A stretch of DNA of 64,000 bases from a virus, in the IMG/VR virus record IMGVR_UViG_3300010165_000001, positions 32,001 through 96,000 of that record, one strand, 5' to 3'. The position numbers were made by a program, and so were the translations under genes. Below the pieces are notes generated by a model. The model was not told where the DNA came from. It ran no database searches and was given only the letters and a program-made list of their open reading frames with translations. Below, piece after piece: positions 51,589 through 62,475 of this stretch. Every line of letters starts with the position of its first letter. The first letter of the stretch is position 1.

Positions 51589-52001
51589 TATTTAGATTCT
51601 CCCTTACCTAATATTAATTTTTTAAGTTCTTCTAATTCTTTAGCTAGTTTATCATATTCTTCTCTAGATACTGTTTCAACTTGTTGTTGTTGTTCTTCTC
51701 TTTTACGTTGTTCTTCTTCTCTACGTTTTACAATTTCCCCATATTCGGTATTTTCTCTAACCTCGTAAGGTTCTGTAAGTAAAACAAACCTATCTGTATC
51801 ATAGTCTTTAAAGAAATTATCGGGTAAAAGTAGGCTTGCATTTTCAAAGTAAAAACTTCTAGGGTCATCTTCTCCTGTTATACCTCCGAATGTTGTATAC
51901 CCTGTAATAATCCCTGTTTCAGTATCAACGTTTAAGGTTATATTATCATTATTTCTATAGTCTACATTTCTAAAACTAGGTTCAATTGTTTTAGTCATCA
52001 T
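51588..52001 (-). CDS. hypothetical protein between the two fibre genes (137 aa)
   Basis: ATGA-coupled. C-terminal E/Q/K coiled coil. Could be a fibre chaperone or adaptor. Confidence 0.6.
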   Translation of the reverse strand: MMTKTIEPSFRNVDYRNNDNITLNVDTETGIITGYTTFGGITGEDDPRSFYFENASLLLPDNFFKDYDTDRFVLLTEPYEVRENTEYGEIVKRREEEQRKREEQQQQVETVSREEYDKLAKELEELKKLILGKGESK

Positions 52002-52015
52002 AAATCTCTCCTTTT

Positions 52016-53998
52016 CTACAATGTATTAATTCCTGTTATACGTTTTATTGATATATCACCTTTTTCATTAAATCTATTTACTTTTTTATCTGTAACACTT
52101 AAATTTTTAGACATTCCAGATACAGCCTCTATAGGATTATCATTAGATACAATAAAATAGCCCTCGAAAGCATCGAATCCTGTTCTTGTAGAACTATTAC
52201 TTAAGTTAAAGTCTCTTATATAATAGTATTCAGAGAAATCAGGAGAAACTCTAACTCTTCTAGTAGCAAGATGTCCTGCTGCATTTGTATAATAAGTTAC
52301 ATCTAAAAACTCATAATTGTGTATACTATCAGATAATTTAACTTTAGCTCCTATTTCTCCTAAGTCTAGGGTACCATCCCACAAGTATGTTGCTTGTTCT
52401 GTCTTTCTTAAAGGAGACCACCCTTCTTGACTGTCTGCTTCACTGAATCTATTATCATCGTAATACAAATTATAGTTTAACCCATCGTAATCTGTAAATT
52501 GTGCATTAATAAACTTACGACCTGATTTTGTATCTCCATTATCATTATCTACTTGAACTGTTCCTCTTACAGAATTACCTTTTGGAGTCCCTTCTATACC
52601 ACCTTGAGCGTAAAAAGTATGGAAACCTTGAGGTAGTGTTTGTATTAAATCTTGTAAAGTCATATTTCCTACTTCGTTCTTCCAAAACGTATATTTGAAA
52701 TAGTTATCATTGTTAATATCTGTTGGGTAGTTATTTAATATAGATTGTTCATCAGGGTTTTCTAACCAATTTGTATAGATTTCATCAAATTGTTTCTTAT
52801 CATCTACATGTGTAATAAATGGGGTAACTTTATCTCCCTTTTCCAATTTAGGTAGTGCGAAATAAGCTGTCCAACTGTTTGATGGGGCTGTTCTAGTTAA
52901 ATTCCCTCTTAAGTTACCTGTAATGTACTTAACTCCTGAAGGAACTGTTTGTGTATTGGTTATTCTTACCCACTCACCTGGTTTAATTATTTCTATAGCA
53001 TTAGTTCCATTAACCGTTGTAGCACTACCTATTTGATTATTTATGTCTGAATTTATACTATCATATTTAGCAATTTGTATATAAACCCAGTTATCTTTCA
53101 TAGCATCTACATTATCAACCATAACGTAAGAAGAGAACGTAATTTCGTCTCCCACTTTAACATCTTTACCTACTTCTAAATAATTACTTCTTATTAATGG
53201 ATGATTATATGAAGTAGTATCCGAAATACCTACTGTTTTTTGACCTTGAAATTTAACTCCTGTATCAAAATCTATACCTCTTGATACACCAATTATTTGA
53301 GAGCTCCAAGCTTTATCTACTGTTTCTTCTGTGTACCTCTGAGGTATTTTTGTAAATAAAGCATCTTTAATTAAGTTAGGGTTTTGTACTTCCCTAGCTC
53401 TTTTTTGCATTTTTGTATATGTTGTAGTAGAATTAACAGGATTGAATGTTGTGATACTTGTATTACCATTCTCATGAACTTTTGTCTCTAACCATCCTTC
53501 ATTCATTTCAGGTTTTGGAGGGTCTACTAAGTTCTTAACATATATTGTTTTACTATTATTTAATTCTCTAATATCTATATCTTCTTGTGTAGTATATTGA
53601 CCTTGTTCATTGGTAAATTTATATTTTTGCCAATTATTTGTTTCTTCGTCCAATACAAACTTTTTCCAATCAGATAGTACTCCATTACGGTAGGTTCTTA
53701 AATATAAGTTTTCATTATTATAAGGATTAAAATATATTTTGTAGGAGTTATTATTTCTCTTTTCAAAGAAAACAAAACCATTCCAATTTGAATCTTTAGG
53801 TTGGTTTTTAGAGGTTGTTACATAATAATTTCCTGTTACATTTATATATTTTAAAATATCTTCAAAGTCAGGAGAATCTACGGTCTCTACATCTTCTTTA
53901 GTTAGTTCATTCTTTAGGTATTCTCCTACCTTATTTACTTCCTTAGTCATATCAGATAAATATTGCTTTTCAGTTAAGCTATTAAATTCAAATGCCAT
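52016..53998 (-). CDS. tail-fibre / receptor-binding-like protein (660 aa)
   Basis: Paralog of 50203..51588 with a roughly 200-aa central insertion. Confidence 0.6.
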   Translation of the reverse strand: MAFEFNSLTEKQYLSDMTKEVNKVGEYLKNELTKEDVETVDSPDFEDILKYINVTGNYYVTTSKNQPKDSNWNGFVFFEKRNNNSYKIYFNPYNNENLYLRTYRNGVLSDWKKFVLDEETNNWQKYKFTNEQGQYTTQEDIDIRELNNSKTIYVKNLVDPPKPEMNEGWLETKVHENGNTSITTFNPVNSTTTYTKMQKRAREVQNPNLIKDALFTKIPQRYTEETVDKAWSSQIIGVSRGIDFDTGVKFQGQKTVGISDTTSYNHPLIRSNYLEVGKDVKVGDEITFSSYVMVDNVDAMKDNWVYIQIAKYDSINSDINNQIGSATTVNGTNAIEIIKPGEWVRITNTQTVPSGVKYITGNLRGNLTRTAPSNSWTAYFALPKLEKGDKVTPFITHVDDKKQFDEIYTNWLENPDEQSILNNYPTDINNDNYFKYTFWKNEVGNMTLQDLIQTLPQGFHTFYAQGGIEGTPKGNSVRGTVQVDNDNGDTKSGRKFINAQFTDYDGLNYNLYYDDNRFSEADSQEGWSPLRKTEQATYLWDGTLDLGEIGAKVKLSDSIHNYEFLDVTYYTNAAGHLATRRVRVSPDFSEYYYIRDFNLSNSSTRTGFDAFEGYFIVSNDNPIEAVSGMSKNLSVTDKKVNRFNEKGDISIKRITGINTL

Positions 53999-54001
53999 AT
54001 T

Positions 54002-54172
54002 CTATTTACCTTCTCTCAATTTGTTTAATTCTTTCATATATTCTTCTTTTATTTTTTTAACTTCGTCTAGTTCACTTCTCAAATCTTCTTTAAGCTTTTT
54101 TGTTGTTCTTTCTTCTCGTGTAGGTACAAATAATAATGCACCTGAATAATAATCTCTTTTTTCTGTAGGCAT
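54002..54172 (-). CDS. 56-aa protein (below cutoff)
   Basis: AGAGGTGA lies 5 nt before the ATG. Sequence MPTEKRDYYSGALLFVPTREERTTKKLKEDL.. Confidence 0.5.
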   Translation of the reverse strand: MPTEKRDYYSGALLFVPTREERTTKKLKEDLRSELDEVKKIKEEYMKELNKLREGK

Positions 54173-54203
54173 TTCTTTCACCTCTTAAGTATTTTTTGTA
54201 TGT

Positions 54204-54228
54204 AAGAAAAAGGGCTTGATAGCCCTTT
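54204..54228 (-). terminator. rho-independent terminator
   Basis: AAAGGGCT-ATCA-AGCCCTTT, then TTCTT. Directly after the stop of the 1165-aa ORF. Confidence 0.6.
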
Positions 54229-54230
54229 TA

Positions 54231-57200
54231 TTATTCTTCTCTCATCGTACACATAAGTCTTCTAATTCTTGGTCTTAAGAAGCTATTTTGTGTTTCTAAA
54301 TCTAAACGAACTTTAAAGTTATCATATGTTCCACTAGATTTAACTTTTTCTTCTATAACATATCTATAGAATTCTGTGTTTGCTCTTCTAACATCTGGTG
54401 TCTCAGTGAACGTTTTCCATGTAGAACCATTATCTGTAGAATATTTAGGTGTTACTTTTGTTCCTTGTGGTAAGAAAGCTTCATAACTTATTCTAATAGT
54501 GTTGTATGGTGCTTCTGACATGTCGATTGCTCTACCTACATAACTACCTGTTAATTCAGTTAAGAATGTAGTAAATGTTAAGTCACTTGAGCTTAGTAAT
54601 GGGGAAATATATCTATTAGATTTAAATGTAGCTCTAAGTTTAATCTGTCTAGCTTTTGCCCCTAAGTCAATATCTTGATAGTTACCAATTGGTTGCCAAG
54701 TAAGCATATCGAACGTTACACCTTCATCCATGTCTTCAAAAATAATCTTAGCTTCCCAGAAACAACCTGTATTTTCTGGAGTTAGATAAGAAGACATAAG
54801 CACTACTCTATCTGCTTCTACATTCTCAATAGGGTCAAATTCTATAGTACCGTTTTCTTCATATCTAGAAGTATATACGCCAAATTTCATATCAGAGTTT
54901 TGGTGAACAGACCATGTACTTGCGTTGGATGAACTGAATAGTACACCTTCTAAATAAGGGTTACCAGATATTGTTTCTTTAGGTTTATCTATTTTCGGTT
55001 GTGTTCTTGTCCCTATCCACATAGTATAATCATCATTCTCTGTAATAACTACAATTGCATACTCTTTACCTGCTTGAGCCATCATTGGGTCATCAAAGTA
55101 AACTCTTGTTTCTGCACTTGCATCATTAGAGATTTTAATGTCGTCAGCATTTAATACTGTTTCAGCACAAATTACTTTTGTTGGGAAACCTTGGTCTCCC
55201 ATTTCACGAATTTGAATTGTTACGTTAGAATTCTTATCCCCTTTACTAGCAAAGTATAATCCTAGAGAACTTATCGTTCTATTATCTAAGAATTGGAATG
55301 ATTGTGCTAGTGGGTCTACTAAGTTAATCGTAACTCGTGTACGAATAATAACATCTTGTACTGTTTTCTTACGTCCATGTGCTGAGTATGAAGTAGAAGC
55401 TACAGATTCATCGTTTCTTATTGTAACCTCTCTTGTACCACAACGTACACCTGCTGGAATTGTAAAGTGACCTTCAGCTCTTCCTTTAGCATTTGTTCTA
55501 ATTGTACCAGATTCAGAACCTTTTGTGAACCCTCTATCTGTATGTGGAACAATAGGACAACGAATTCCATCGAACAGTACGTATAAGTTATCAGCATTAG
55601 GATGTAATCCTGTAACTGTAAAATTAATATCTCTTACACGAATAAATTCAATAGCTTCTTCTAGTGTTCTAGTTCCACCTGCTTCAAGCATTGTACCAGT
55701 ACGACCATATTTAGTATCATATCTGTAAGCAGCACCTGCTGTTCGTCCTTGATTACCCCATGATTGCCCTGCATCTAATTTAATATTATTAAATGCTGCT
55801 TGTTCATTAGAACCGAACCTGTTAGGGTCATCTAAGTGTCTCCACCAACGATTAACGGTCATTGTTTTTGTTTTTTGGTCTGTAACTGTAATACGTTCCT
55901 CATCAATCCAGTTATCCTCACTTGGTGTAATTCGTAATACGCCTTGTTTATTTGGAATGTTATAAGGGTTAACGTTCATTGTTTCACTTGCTTGTGATTG
56001 GAAAAGTGCCCTCTCTTCTGTAAATGGAGCAGAAACTAATCTTCCCCATATATGAGCATTTGTTTTGTTCTTGTCAATACTAGGTTCATTAACTGCTGTA
56101 GTAAACTGTAATGTAGCCTCAGCATCTTCAAAACTAAAGGATACACCAAAATTAGAGTTAGTGATGTCTGCTTTATCAAGACTAATAAAACCTTCTGAAA
56201 AAACAGAACGTAGTGTAAGAGGGTCTTGCCCTTCCATTGCATCTTGGTCTAAAGCATTAACAGCTTGGTTATATTCTACGTTTTCTAGTCTTGTTTTAAG
56301 TTTCTGTAATTCAGACATTGATAAACGTTTAACAGAATCTTCTTCACAATAAGCTTCATCTGAATTAGGTAATACAGTTACGATACCTAATTTTAAGTTT
56401 AATGGGTCTGTTTGTTGTGGTGCAACTGCCATTCTTAGAATATCAGGTTCACCTTCAAGTCTAGTAATATCCCCATATTTATTTAACATAAGAACATCTT
56501 TACGTGCTAAGTAGTAAGTATAGTCTACTAAAATAACGGATTGGTCAATTGGTTTAACACCATTTAGATTGAAGTCTAAGTATGTTCTTTCTAATACACC
56601 TTCACCTTCATTTACATTGACTACTTTGTAATCTGTTCCTTCACGCATAGTTCTTGTGTATTTATATGATACATAGTAACTTGTACCACCTTGAGGTTCT
56701 TGACCTTGAGGAGACCAATTAATTTCTTGTCCATTGGTTAACACATAATCTTGACCTTGTTTATATTCTTTAAGTGTATTACCTGGGCTTGATTCTGTCC
56801 ATACTTTTACAACTTCAAAAGCTGTGTTGTTTTTTAGGTAGTCTGCACTATCTCCTGCACTTGCTCTACCTACTTCTTCTTTAGTAACTAACACTTGACC
56901 AGATACTCTATCTACTGATTTAACAGGTGCATTTGCTAGAGTGATTTTATTGTCAGATTTATTAAATACTGTAGATTCATTTGTACCTTTTTTCGTTGCT
57001 GTAGACTTTGGTACAGATATTCGAGTTGAGGTTGGTTTATCTACTTTAAAACCTTCTACATAAGCTTTACCTGCATCAATAACTACAGGTACAGTATCTT
57101 TACCTTTATCTTCTGGTCTTTCCTCAGAGAAGATATTAAATCCTTCTACTTTATACGAACCTGATTCGTCATATGTTCTTTCAGCTAGTATAGTATGGAA

Positions 57201-57728
57201 CTTCTCGGCTTCAGGGTTAAGTGAACGAATATATAATTTTCCATCTTGGAAAACATGTATTGGTGCTGAAGTAGGGTCATTTAGTGCTATTGATAATTTT
57301 TCTTCGAGCCTATCAGCACCTCTAGAGAAGTAACTAGGTACACCATTTGTTTGGTCTAATAAACTAGAATCTTCATCAGGTGTTATAATTGTTTGTGTTA
57401 ATTTCAATCCTATTGTCTCTTTACCTACACCTGATAATTGAATAGAATCATCACCATCATAGTAACGAATTCTTCCTCCTATATATACATAACCTGGGTT
57501 TAAGGTTAGGACATTATCTTGTGTTAATGTAAAGTTTAATCCTGATTGAATATCTCCGTCTTTGAAGATTGAATCTCCAAAATTCTTTTGGTAATATTCT
57601 ATGATAGATTGCATTTCATTTAATTCAGCTTGTTGTAATGGTCTATCAGGATTAAACAATAACTTGACCCTATCTTTTCTAGGGTCAAATCTATCATTAT
57701 AAGGAGAAGTCCTTAAATTAATTGCCAT
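54231..57728 (-). CDS. large baseplate / adsorption-associated structural protein (1165 aa)
   Basis: Giant ORF whose size and position match the roughly 1150-aa tail protein of Twort-like phages. No catalytic motif recognised. Confidence 0.7.
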   Translation of the reverse strand: MAINLRTSPYNDRFDPRKDRVKLLFNPDRPLQQAELNEMQSIIEYYQKNFGDSIFKDGDIQSGLNFTLTQDNVLTLNPGYVYIGGRIRYYDGDDSIQLSGVGKETIGLKLTQTIITPDEDSSLLDQTNGVPSYFSRGADRLEEKLSIALNDPTSAPIHVFQDGKLYIRSLNPEAEKFHTILAERTYDESGSYKVEGFNIFSEERPEDKGKDTVPVVIDAGKAYVEGFKVDKPTSTRISVPKSTATKKGTNESTVFNKSDNKITLANAPVKSVDRVSGQVLVTKEEVGRASAGDSADYLKNNTAFEVVKVWTESSPGNTLKEYKQGQDYVLTNGQEINWSPQGQEPQGGTSYYVSYKYTRTMREGTDYKVVNVNEGEGVLERTYLDFNLNGVKPIDQSVILVDYTYYLARKDVLMLNKYGDITRLEGEPDILRMAVAPQQTDPLNLKLGIVTVLPNSDEAYCEEDSVKRLSMSELQKLKTRLENVEYNQAVNALDQDAMEGQDPLTLRSVFSEGFISLDKADITNSNFGVSFSFEDAEATLQFTTAVNEPSIDKNKTNAHIWGRLVSAPFTEERALFQSQASETMNVNPYNIPNKQGVLRITPSEDNWIDEERITVTDQKTKTMTVNRWWRHLDDPNRFGSNEQAAFNNIKLDAGQSWGNQGRTAGAAYRYDTKYGRTGTMLEAGGTRTLEEAIEFIRVRDINFTVTGLHPNADNLYVLFDGIRCPIVPHTDRGFTKGSESGTIRTNAKGRAEGHFTIPAGVRCGTREVTIRNDESVASTSYSAHGRKKTVQDVIIRTRVTINLVDPLAQSFQFLDNRTISSLGLYFASKGDKNSNVTIQIREMGDQGFPTKVICAETVLNADDIKISNDASAETRVYFDDPMMAQAGKEYAIVVITENDDYTMWIGTRTQPKIDKPKETISGNPYLEGVLFSSSNASTWSVHQNSDMKFGVYTSRYEENGTIEFDPIENVEADRVVLMSSYLTPENTGCFWEAKIIFEDMDEGVTFDMLTWQPIGNYQDIDLGAKARQIKLRATFKSNRYISPLLSSSDLTFTTFLTELTGSYVGRAIDMSEAPYNTIRISYEAFLPQGTKVTPKYSTDNGSTWKTFTETPDVRRANTEFYRYVIEEKVKSSGTYDNFKVRLDLETQNSFLRPRIRRLMCTMREE

Positions 57729-57746
57729 TCATTTTCTCTCCTTTTA

Positions 57747-58265
57747 TTAAAATTCTACAACCATTCGCTCTGTTGTAGTTACTTGTTCAGTTCTGTTTTG
57801 GAATTGTTTGTTATCATAGAACATTAAAGTACCTTGTGAATTTAACTCACTAGGCAATAATGCCTGTTTACCGATACCTGTTTTAGGTTCTACATCGATT
57901 GCGATTCCTGCTTGTCTATGTGTACCTGTAGGTAGTTCATCTCCAACTACTTTACTTTCAAAGTACACCCATTTAGCTCCTTCTGCTATAGCTTCTCCCT
58001 CACCAATCACTGTCCATGATTTGTTTCCGTAAGATATAATTTCTCTGTTTGAATCACTGTCTTTAGTTGGTCTAACTAATACAGCTTTTGTTACTTTCTT
58101 ATATCCGATTATATCATCTAATTTTGTTGTTCTTTCAGTAGGCTCAGGTGGTGCTTGTTCATTTGACCAAGGTGTTGGTCTACCGATTACTAAGTAAGTT
58201 GTATTAATCTTACTTATGATAAACTTAGCTAGTTCTACCCTAGCATTATAGGTTGTAATTGCCAT
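57747..58265 (-). CDS. baseplate-module structural protein (172 aa)
   Basis: Synteny only. Confidence 0.6.
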   Translation of the reverse strand: MAITTYNARVELAKFIISKINTTYLVIGRPTPWSNEQAPPEPTERTTKLDDIIGYKKVTKAVLVRPTKDSDSNREIISYGNKSWTVIGEGEAIAEGAKWVYFESKVVGDELPTGTHRQAGIAIDVEPKTGIGKQALLPSELNSQGTLMFYDNKQFQNRTEQVTTTERMVVEF

Positions 58266-58315
58266 TTTGTTATTTCCCTTCTTTATAAGTTTTCTATCTG
58301 TTCTAATATAATATT

Positions 58316-58324
58316 ATTATATCA
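58316..58324 (-). promoter_or_regulatory. candidate extended -10 element TGaTATAAT
   Basis: No -35. Lies about 60 nt upstream of the 57747..58265 start. Confidence 0.35.
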
Positions 58325-58339
58325 TATTATTGTGTTTTT

Positions 58340-61300
58340 TTAAAGTTCAATTATATCTAAACTATAAATTGTGCTTTCATTACCATCATAAGGTCTGACA
58401 TTTAATATTATAGTTTCATTTAGTCTAGGTTTATCACTTGTTTCATCTCTTGCTATAATTTCTCTTGTACCTACACCATTAATAACCTGTTCTGGATAAA
58501 TAAATGTTTCATTAAAGTTAGTATTCGAATTATATACAGAGATAAATACATTATCTTTGAAATCACCTTCAACAATAACTCTATATCTCTTACCTGTTTC
58601 TATAGGTTTAATTAAAGGATATTCAGCAAATTGTGATTGTGTTACTTTCTTCTCTTTATAACTATCTCTAATAATTAAGTCTCTTGTAGTTGTTTCTGTA
58701 GTAACTTGAGGTACATGAGTAATATTTATCTCTTTTGTACTTAGTTTTGTATCTGCTAATTCACCTAATGTTAAGTTAGAGTCTAATGTAAGTGATTGTT
58801 TATATACTGAAGGTACTAATGTTTTTATATCTACATCTGTATAGGTATTAATACTTTGTTTAGGTATCTTTATAACATCTCCTGTAGAGTTATCTATAGT
58901 TCCGTTTGCTACATCTTTTAATACTTTAGGTGTTGGGTTTTTATGCTCAGAGTAAATATCTACTTCTTGCCATAACGCATTAAAGAACCCATTAGGTAAG
59001 TCTACAATATTACCTATATCTTCCATCAATTTAGTTATTGTGAAATCTAAGAATGGTCTTATGATTACTTGACTAAATGGATTTAATGTTTGGTATGTTA
59101 AGTTCTTAATACCATACAAGTCAATTGTATCATTTTCTACGTGTGTTTCTCCTACTGGTAATGTAGTAAACTTCTTCATATTAAGGAAATCATTTCCATA
59201 TACTCCGTATTGTAAATTAACATTATTTAAGTCTGTTGTAGTTCTTAAACCTATAGATTGTATATCATTGTAGACCCCTGTGAACCTGATTGTCTTATCT
59301 AGAAATGACACCATATCTTCTGGGGAAGTGTTATAAGGTGTTGCTTTAGTTTCGTATTGTAATACAGTTTTACTAGGTTTTATATTACCTTCTATATCTT
59401 TAGCTATAATGTCTACATATTTATTGGGGTCATTAGCTCCATATATATCTTCAGGGTTAGGTTGGTAGGGTGTTGCCTTATTACCTAACTCCATTTTAAC
59501 ATCTTTCATTTCAAAGTCAAGGTCTTCGCTACCATTTGGTCTAAACTGTATGTGGGGCGAGCCTCCTGTATAAGAATATCCCTCTGCTTTAAAATAAACA
59601 GTTTCGTTTTCGTTATAATAAAAGTTATTACCGTCTTGTGAATAAAATCCATTCAGTGTTATCTTTAAAGGTTTTTTTGTCTTTAACTTAAATGATATAG
59701 ATATTTCTTCTAACATATAGCTAAATATTTCATTTAATTCATAAAAGGCTTTAACATCCCAGTCACCACCAGTAAGTTTTACTCGTGTATACCCATTAGA
59801 ACTCTTCTCTATCGTTTTTGTAGCTCCTCGAAAAGTGTTTATATGGTTATCTATATCTTGTGAGTTAAAAACTAAGTTTCTGTTAATACTATTATCATAC
59901 CCATCTGTTAACCTTAAATATTGCGTAGGTTGATAACCAGATTTAGTAATAATATCTCCATTATCTAATTCTATATCTTTTATAGCATCTAACTCTGCTA
60001 AGTAATCTGTTTCTTGATGGTTTTCTATTAATCCTTTAAATGGTTTTATTGTATAAACATCTTTTTCATATCTTCTAAATGTTAAATCAAAGTAACCTAT
60101 CCTTAATTCTGTATCTTCTTTAACAGGCTCAACTTCTAACTTAATAAATATAGTTAAGTTATCATTTAAATAATCTACTAAGTTACCTATTTTATTACCT
60201 ATATTTTTTTCTGTTAAAGTTAAAGTTTCCCTAGATACTATAACCCAAGAGTAAGACTCAAAATCGTAGATACAAAGTTTTACAGATACAGGATTTGAAG
60301 GTGAAACCATGGCTTGTATATCTAAGTCTAAACTAACTTCCCCAAAATAATTACTAACATAGTTAGTTAGTTCTCGTTCACTCATCCCTAAATTAGAAAC
60401 AACAATACCTTTTCTTCTTAAATATTCTATTGTATCTAAGTTAAAATGTATATTTGTTCGTTTATTATTTCCTTTAAGTACCAACTCTGGTTTTATATTA
60501 TCCCTAACTGATGTTTCTGTATAAAAGTCTTTAGCTAATTCTTCTCCTATGGCTTGGTTAAACATAGTAGATATTGTTGTGACGTAATCTTCCTTTGTTG
60601 GCTCATATTTACGTTGTGTTTGATAAGCGTAGTTATAAAATTCCCTACCAACCGTAGCAGAACCTGACAAAACGTCTAAACTATTAATTAAACTATTATT
60701 TGTTTTAAAAACATCTGTAATATCTTTAACTTTAGCTATACCTAAATTTAAATGCCCGTATAAAATTCTCCCATATCCTCTAAATATATCTACATCTTGG
60801 TATGTTGTTACTTTAGGATAACCTTTATAAAACACAGGTGTAATTATTTTATCTTCACCTAAGTCATAACTGCCATCATACGTAAAGTAAACTTTAACTC
60901 CAGCAGGTTTAAACTTGTTAATTTCATCAATAATTTCTAAAGGGAATGATTTACCGATTGTAATATCTATAACCGCAAACCTATAATAGTTACCCATTAA
61001 GTGGTCTTCACCATTTAAATGAGATTTATTTGTATAGAATATATTTTTAAAAGGCTCATATATATCTACATAAACATCTTCATCCTCTAAAAACCTTTTA
61101 ATAGCTCCTATAATAGAATTGTTTGTTCCTCTTTTTAAAAGTACATACTCAATAATTCTATCTCTATAAGTATCATCAAGTTCATTTTTCTTTCTAACTA
61201 ATCCGTACCAATCTCCATAAATATCTAAGTACTTTCCTGTAGCAGTACCTAAACTAGATTGTATTTTACTATCAATCGTTTCTTGTTCTAAATTATCTAA

Positions 61301-61405
61301 CTCTTCACTAAACATATTAATAATTGCATAGTGAGGGTCTTTATTGTCTTTTGGGTTTTTCTTACGTTTTAATAAAGGATGTAAGTTTTTTAAAAAGTTA
61401 CTCAA
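58340..61405 (-). CDS. large baseplate / tail morphogenesis protein (1021 aa), TTG start
   Basis: TTG lies 6 nt after GGAGG. Size and position match the roughly 1020-aa protein after Baseplate-J in Twort-like phages. Confidence 0.7.
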   Translation of the reverse strand: MSNFLKNLHPLLKRKKNPKDNKDPHYAIINMFSEELDNLEQETIDSKIQSSLGTATGKYLDIYGDWYGLVRKKNELDDTYRDRIIEYVLLKRGTNNSIIGAIKRFLEDEDVYVDIYEPFKNIFYTNKSHLNGEDHLMGNYYRFAVIDITIGKSFPLEIIDEINKFKPAGVKVYFTYDGSYDLGEDKIITPVFYKGYPKVTTYQDVDIFRGYGRILYGHLNLGIAKVKDITDVFKTNNSLINSLDVLSGSATVGREFYNYAYQTQRKYEPTKEDYVTTISTMFNQAIGEELAKDFYTETSVRDNIKPELVLKGNNKRTNIHFNLDTIEYLRRKGIVVSNLGMSERELTNYVSNYFGEVSLDLDIQAMVSPSNPVSVKLCIYDFESYSWVIVSRETLTLTEKNIGNKIGNLVDYLNDNLTIFIKLEVEPVKEDTELRIGYFDLTFRRYEKDVYTIKPFKGLIENHQETDYLAELDAIKDIELDNGDIITKSGYQPTQYLRLTDGYDNSINRNLVFNSQDIDNHINTFRGATKTIEKSSNGYTRVKLTGGDWDVKAFYELNEIFSYMLEEISISFKLKTKKPLKITLNGFYSQDGNNFYYNENETVYFKAEGYSYTGGSPHIQFRPNGSEDLDFEMKDVKMELGNKATPYQPNPEDIYGANDPNKYVDIIAKDIEGNIKPSKTVLQYETKATPYNTSPEDMVSFLDKTIRFTGVYNDIQSIGLRTTTDLNNVNLQYGVYGNDFLNMKKFTTLPVGETHVENDTIDLYGIKNLTYQTLNPFSQVIIRPFLDFTITKLMEDIGNIVDLPNGFFNALWQEVDIYSEHKNPTPKVLKDVANGTIDNSTGDVIKIPKQSINTYTDVDIKTLVPSVYKQSLTLDSNLTLGELADTKLSTKEINITHVPQVTTETTTRDLIIRDSYKEKKVTQSQFAEYPLIKPIETGKRYRVIVEGDFKDNVFISVYNSNTNFNETFIYPEQVINGVGTREIIARDETSDKPRLNETIILNVRPYDGNESTIYSLDIIEL

Positions 61406-61419
61406 GGTTAACCTCCTTT

Positions 61420-62466
61420 CTATTTAAGAGTTACATTTATTTCACCTGAACGAATAATTTCGTGAGGCTCTGTTATAATATTCTCATGATTTATATTATA
61501 TGTCAAGTCATAAATGAGTGAATCATCTATATTCATAATGACTTGTGTTAAGTCTGCAAGTATTAAATCTTTATTTACTGTAAAATCGTTTAAATAGTTT
61601 CTAATGACATTCTCAATATGTTCTTTAAGTGTATCATTAATTCTTTGTTTGTTTGTGATTTCTACATCAACATTCACATCTACACTTATTTTGTCTACAG
61701 GTTGAACATCTAATTTAATACCACTTGGTCTATAGTCTTCTATATTTTCATATATTTCTTTAACCATGATATTGGATAGGTTACCATTACGGTCATGGGC
61801 GTAAACTAAAACTCTTCCTACTTGTTCATATACATATACGCCCTCAACATCTAGAACACTCAATACTCCATATTGAATAGCTTTGTTAGTAGCTCTTCCT
61901 CTAGATTCAATAAATAAATGGAATCTTTCTTTTAAATCTTCTAAACTTTCTAAATCTTGTCCTGTATTAAATGATGTTTCATTATCTACTTCTTTAATCA
62001 CTGAGCTTGCACTTGACATACTATCAATAGTATGTTCAGGTATATTTCCATAAGTTCCTGCTTCTAAACAATACACTTCAATTTCAGCTTCAGTTGAACC
62101 TTGCTCTATATAATAGTCTACAAGAGTTTCGTATTGCTGACTGAATTGATTATTGCTAGAGGTAAATATTGTTCCTCTTGGTATATAATATCTTTGTTCT
62201 AAAGGGTTATACATTCTTAAGGTAACATCACCATATGCTTTACGATTCTTTTTCCTTTCAAAATCAAAAGCTTCCGTTGTCCCTTCTGCAATACCCCACT
62301 CAATATTCTCTTTTGTTAAAATATAAAATTGCTCTATCTCTAAAGATACAGCTTCTAGTAATGAACGGATTGCTGAACCTGGTGAAAAATCTGTTACTCG
62401 GTCAGTTCCTATCATTACTTTATCTATCATACGTGTTAGTATTTCAGATAGCTTTCTCGTCTTCAT
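61420..62466 (-). CDS. Baseplate-J-like protein (348 aa)
   Basis: N-terminal ..RVTDFSPGSAIRSLLEAVSLEIEQFY.. is typical of the gpJ/gp6 family. Confidence 0.75.
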   Translation of the reverse strand: MKTRKLSEILTRMIDKVMIGTDRVTDFSPGSAIRSLLEAVSLEIEQFYILTKENIEWGIAEGTTEAFDFERKKNRKAYGDVTLRMYNPLEQRYYIPRGTIFTSSNNQFSQQYETLVDYYIEQGSTEAEIEVYCLEAGTYGNIPEHTIDSMSSASSVIKEVDNETSFNTGQDLESLEDLKERFHLFIESRGRATNKAIQYGVLSVLDVEGVYVYEQVGRVLVYAHDRNGNLSNIMVKEIYENIEDYRPSGIKLDVQPVDKISVDVNVDVEITNKQRINDTLKEHIENVIRNYLNDFTVNKDLILADLTQVIMNIDDSLIYDLTYNINHENIITEPHEIIRSGEINVTLK

Positions 62467-62475
62467 ATTATCCCC

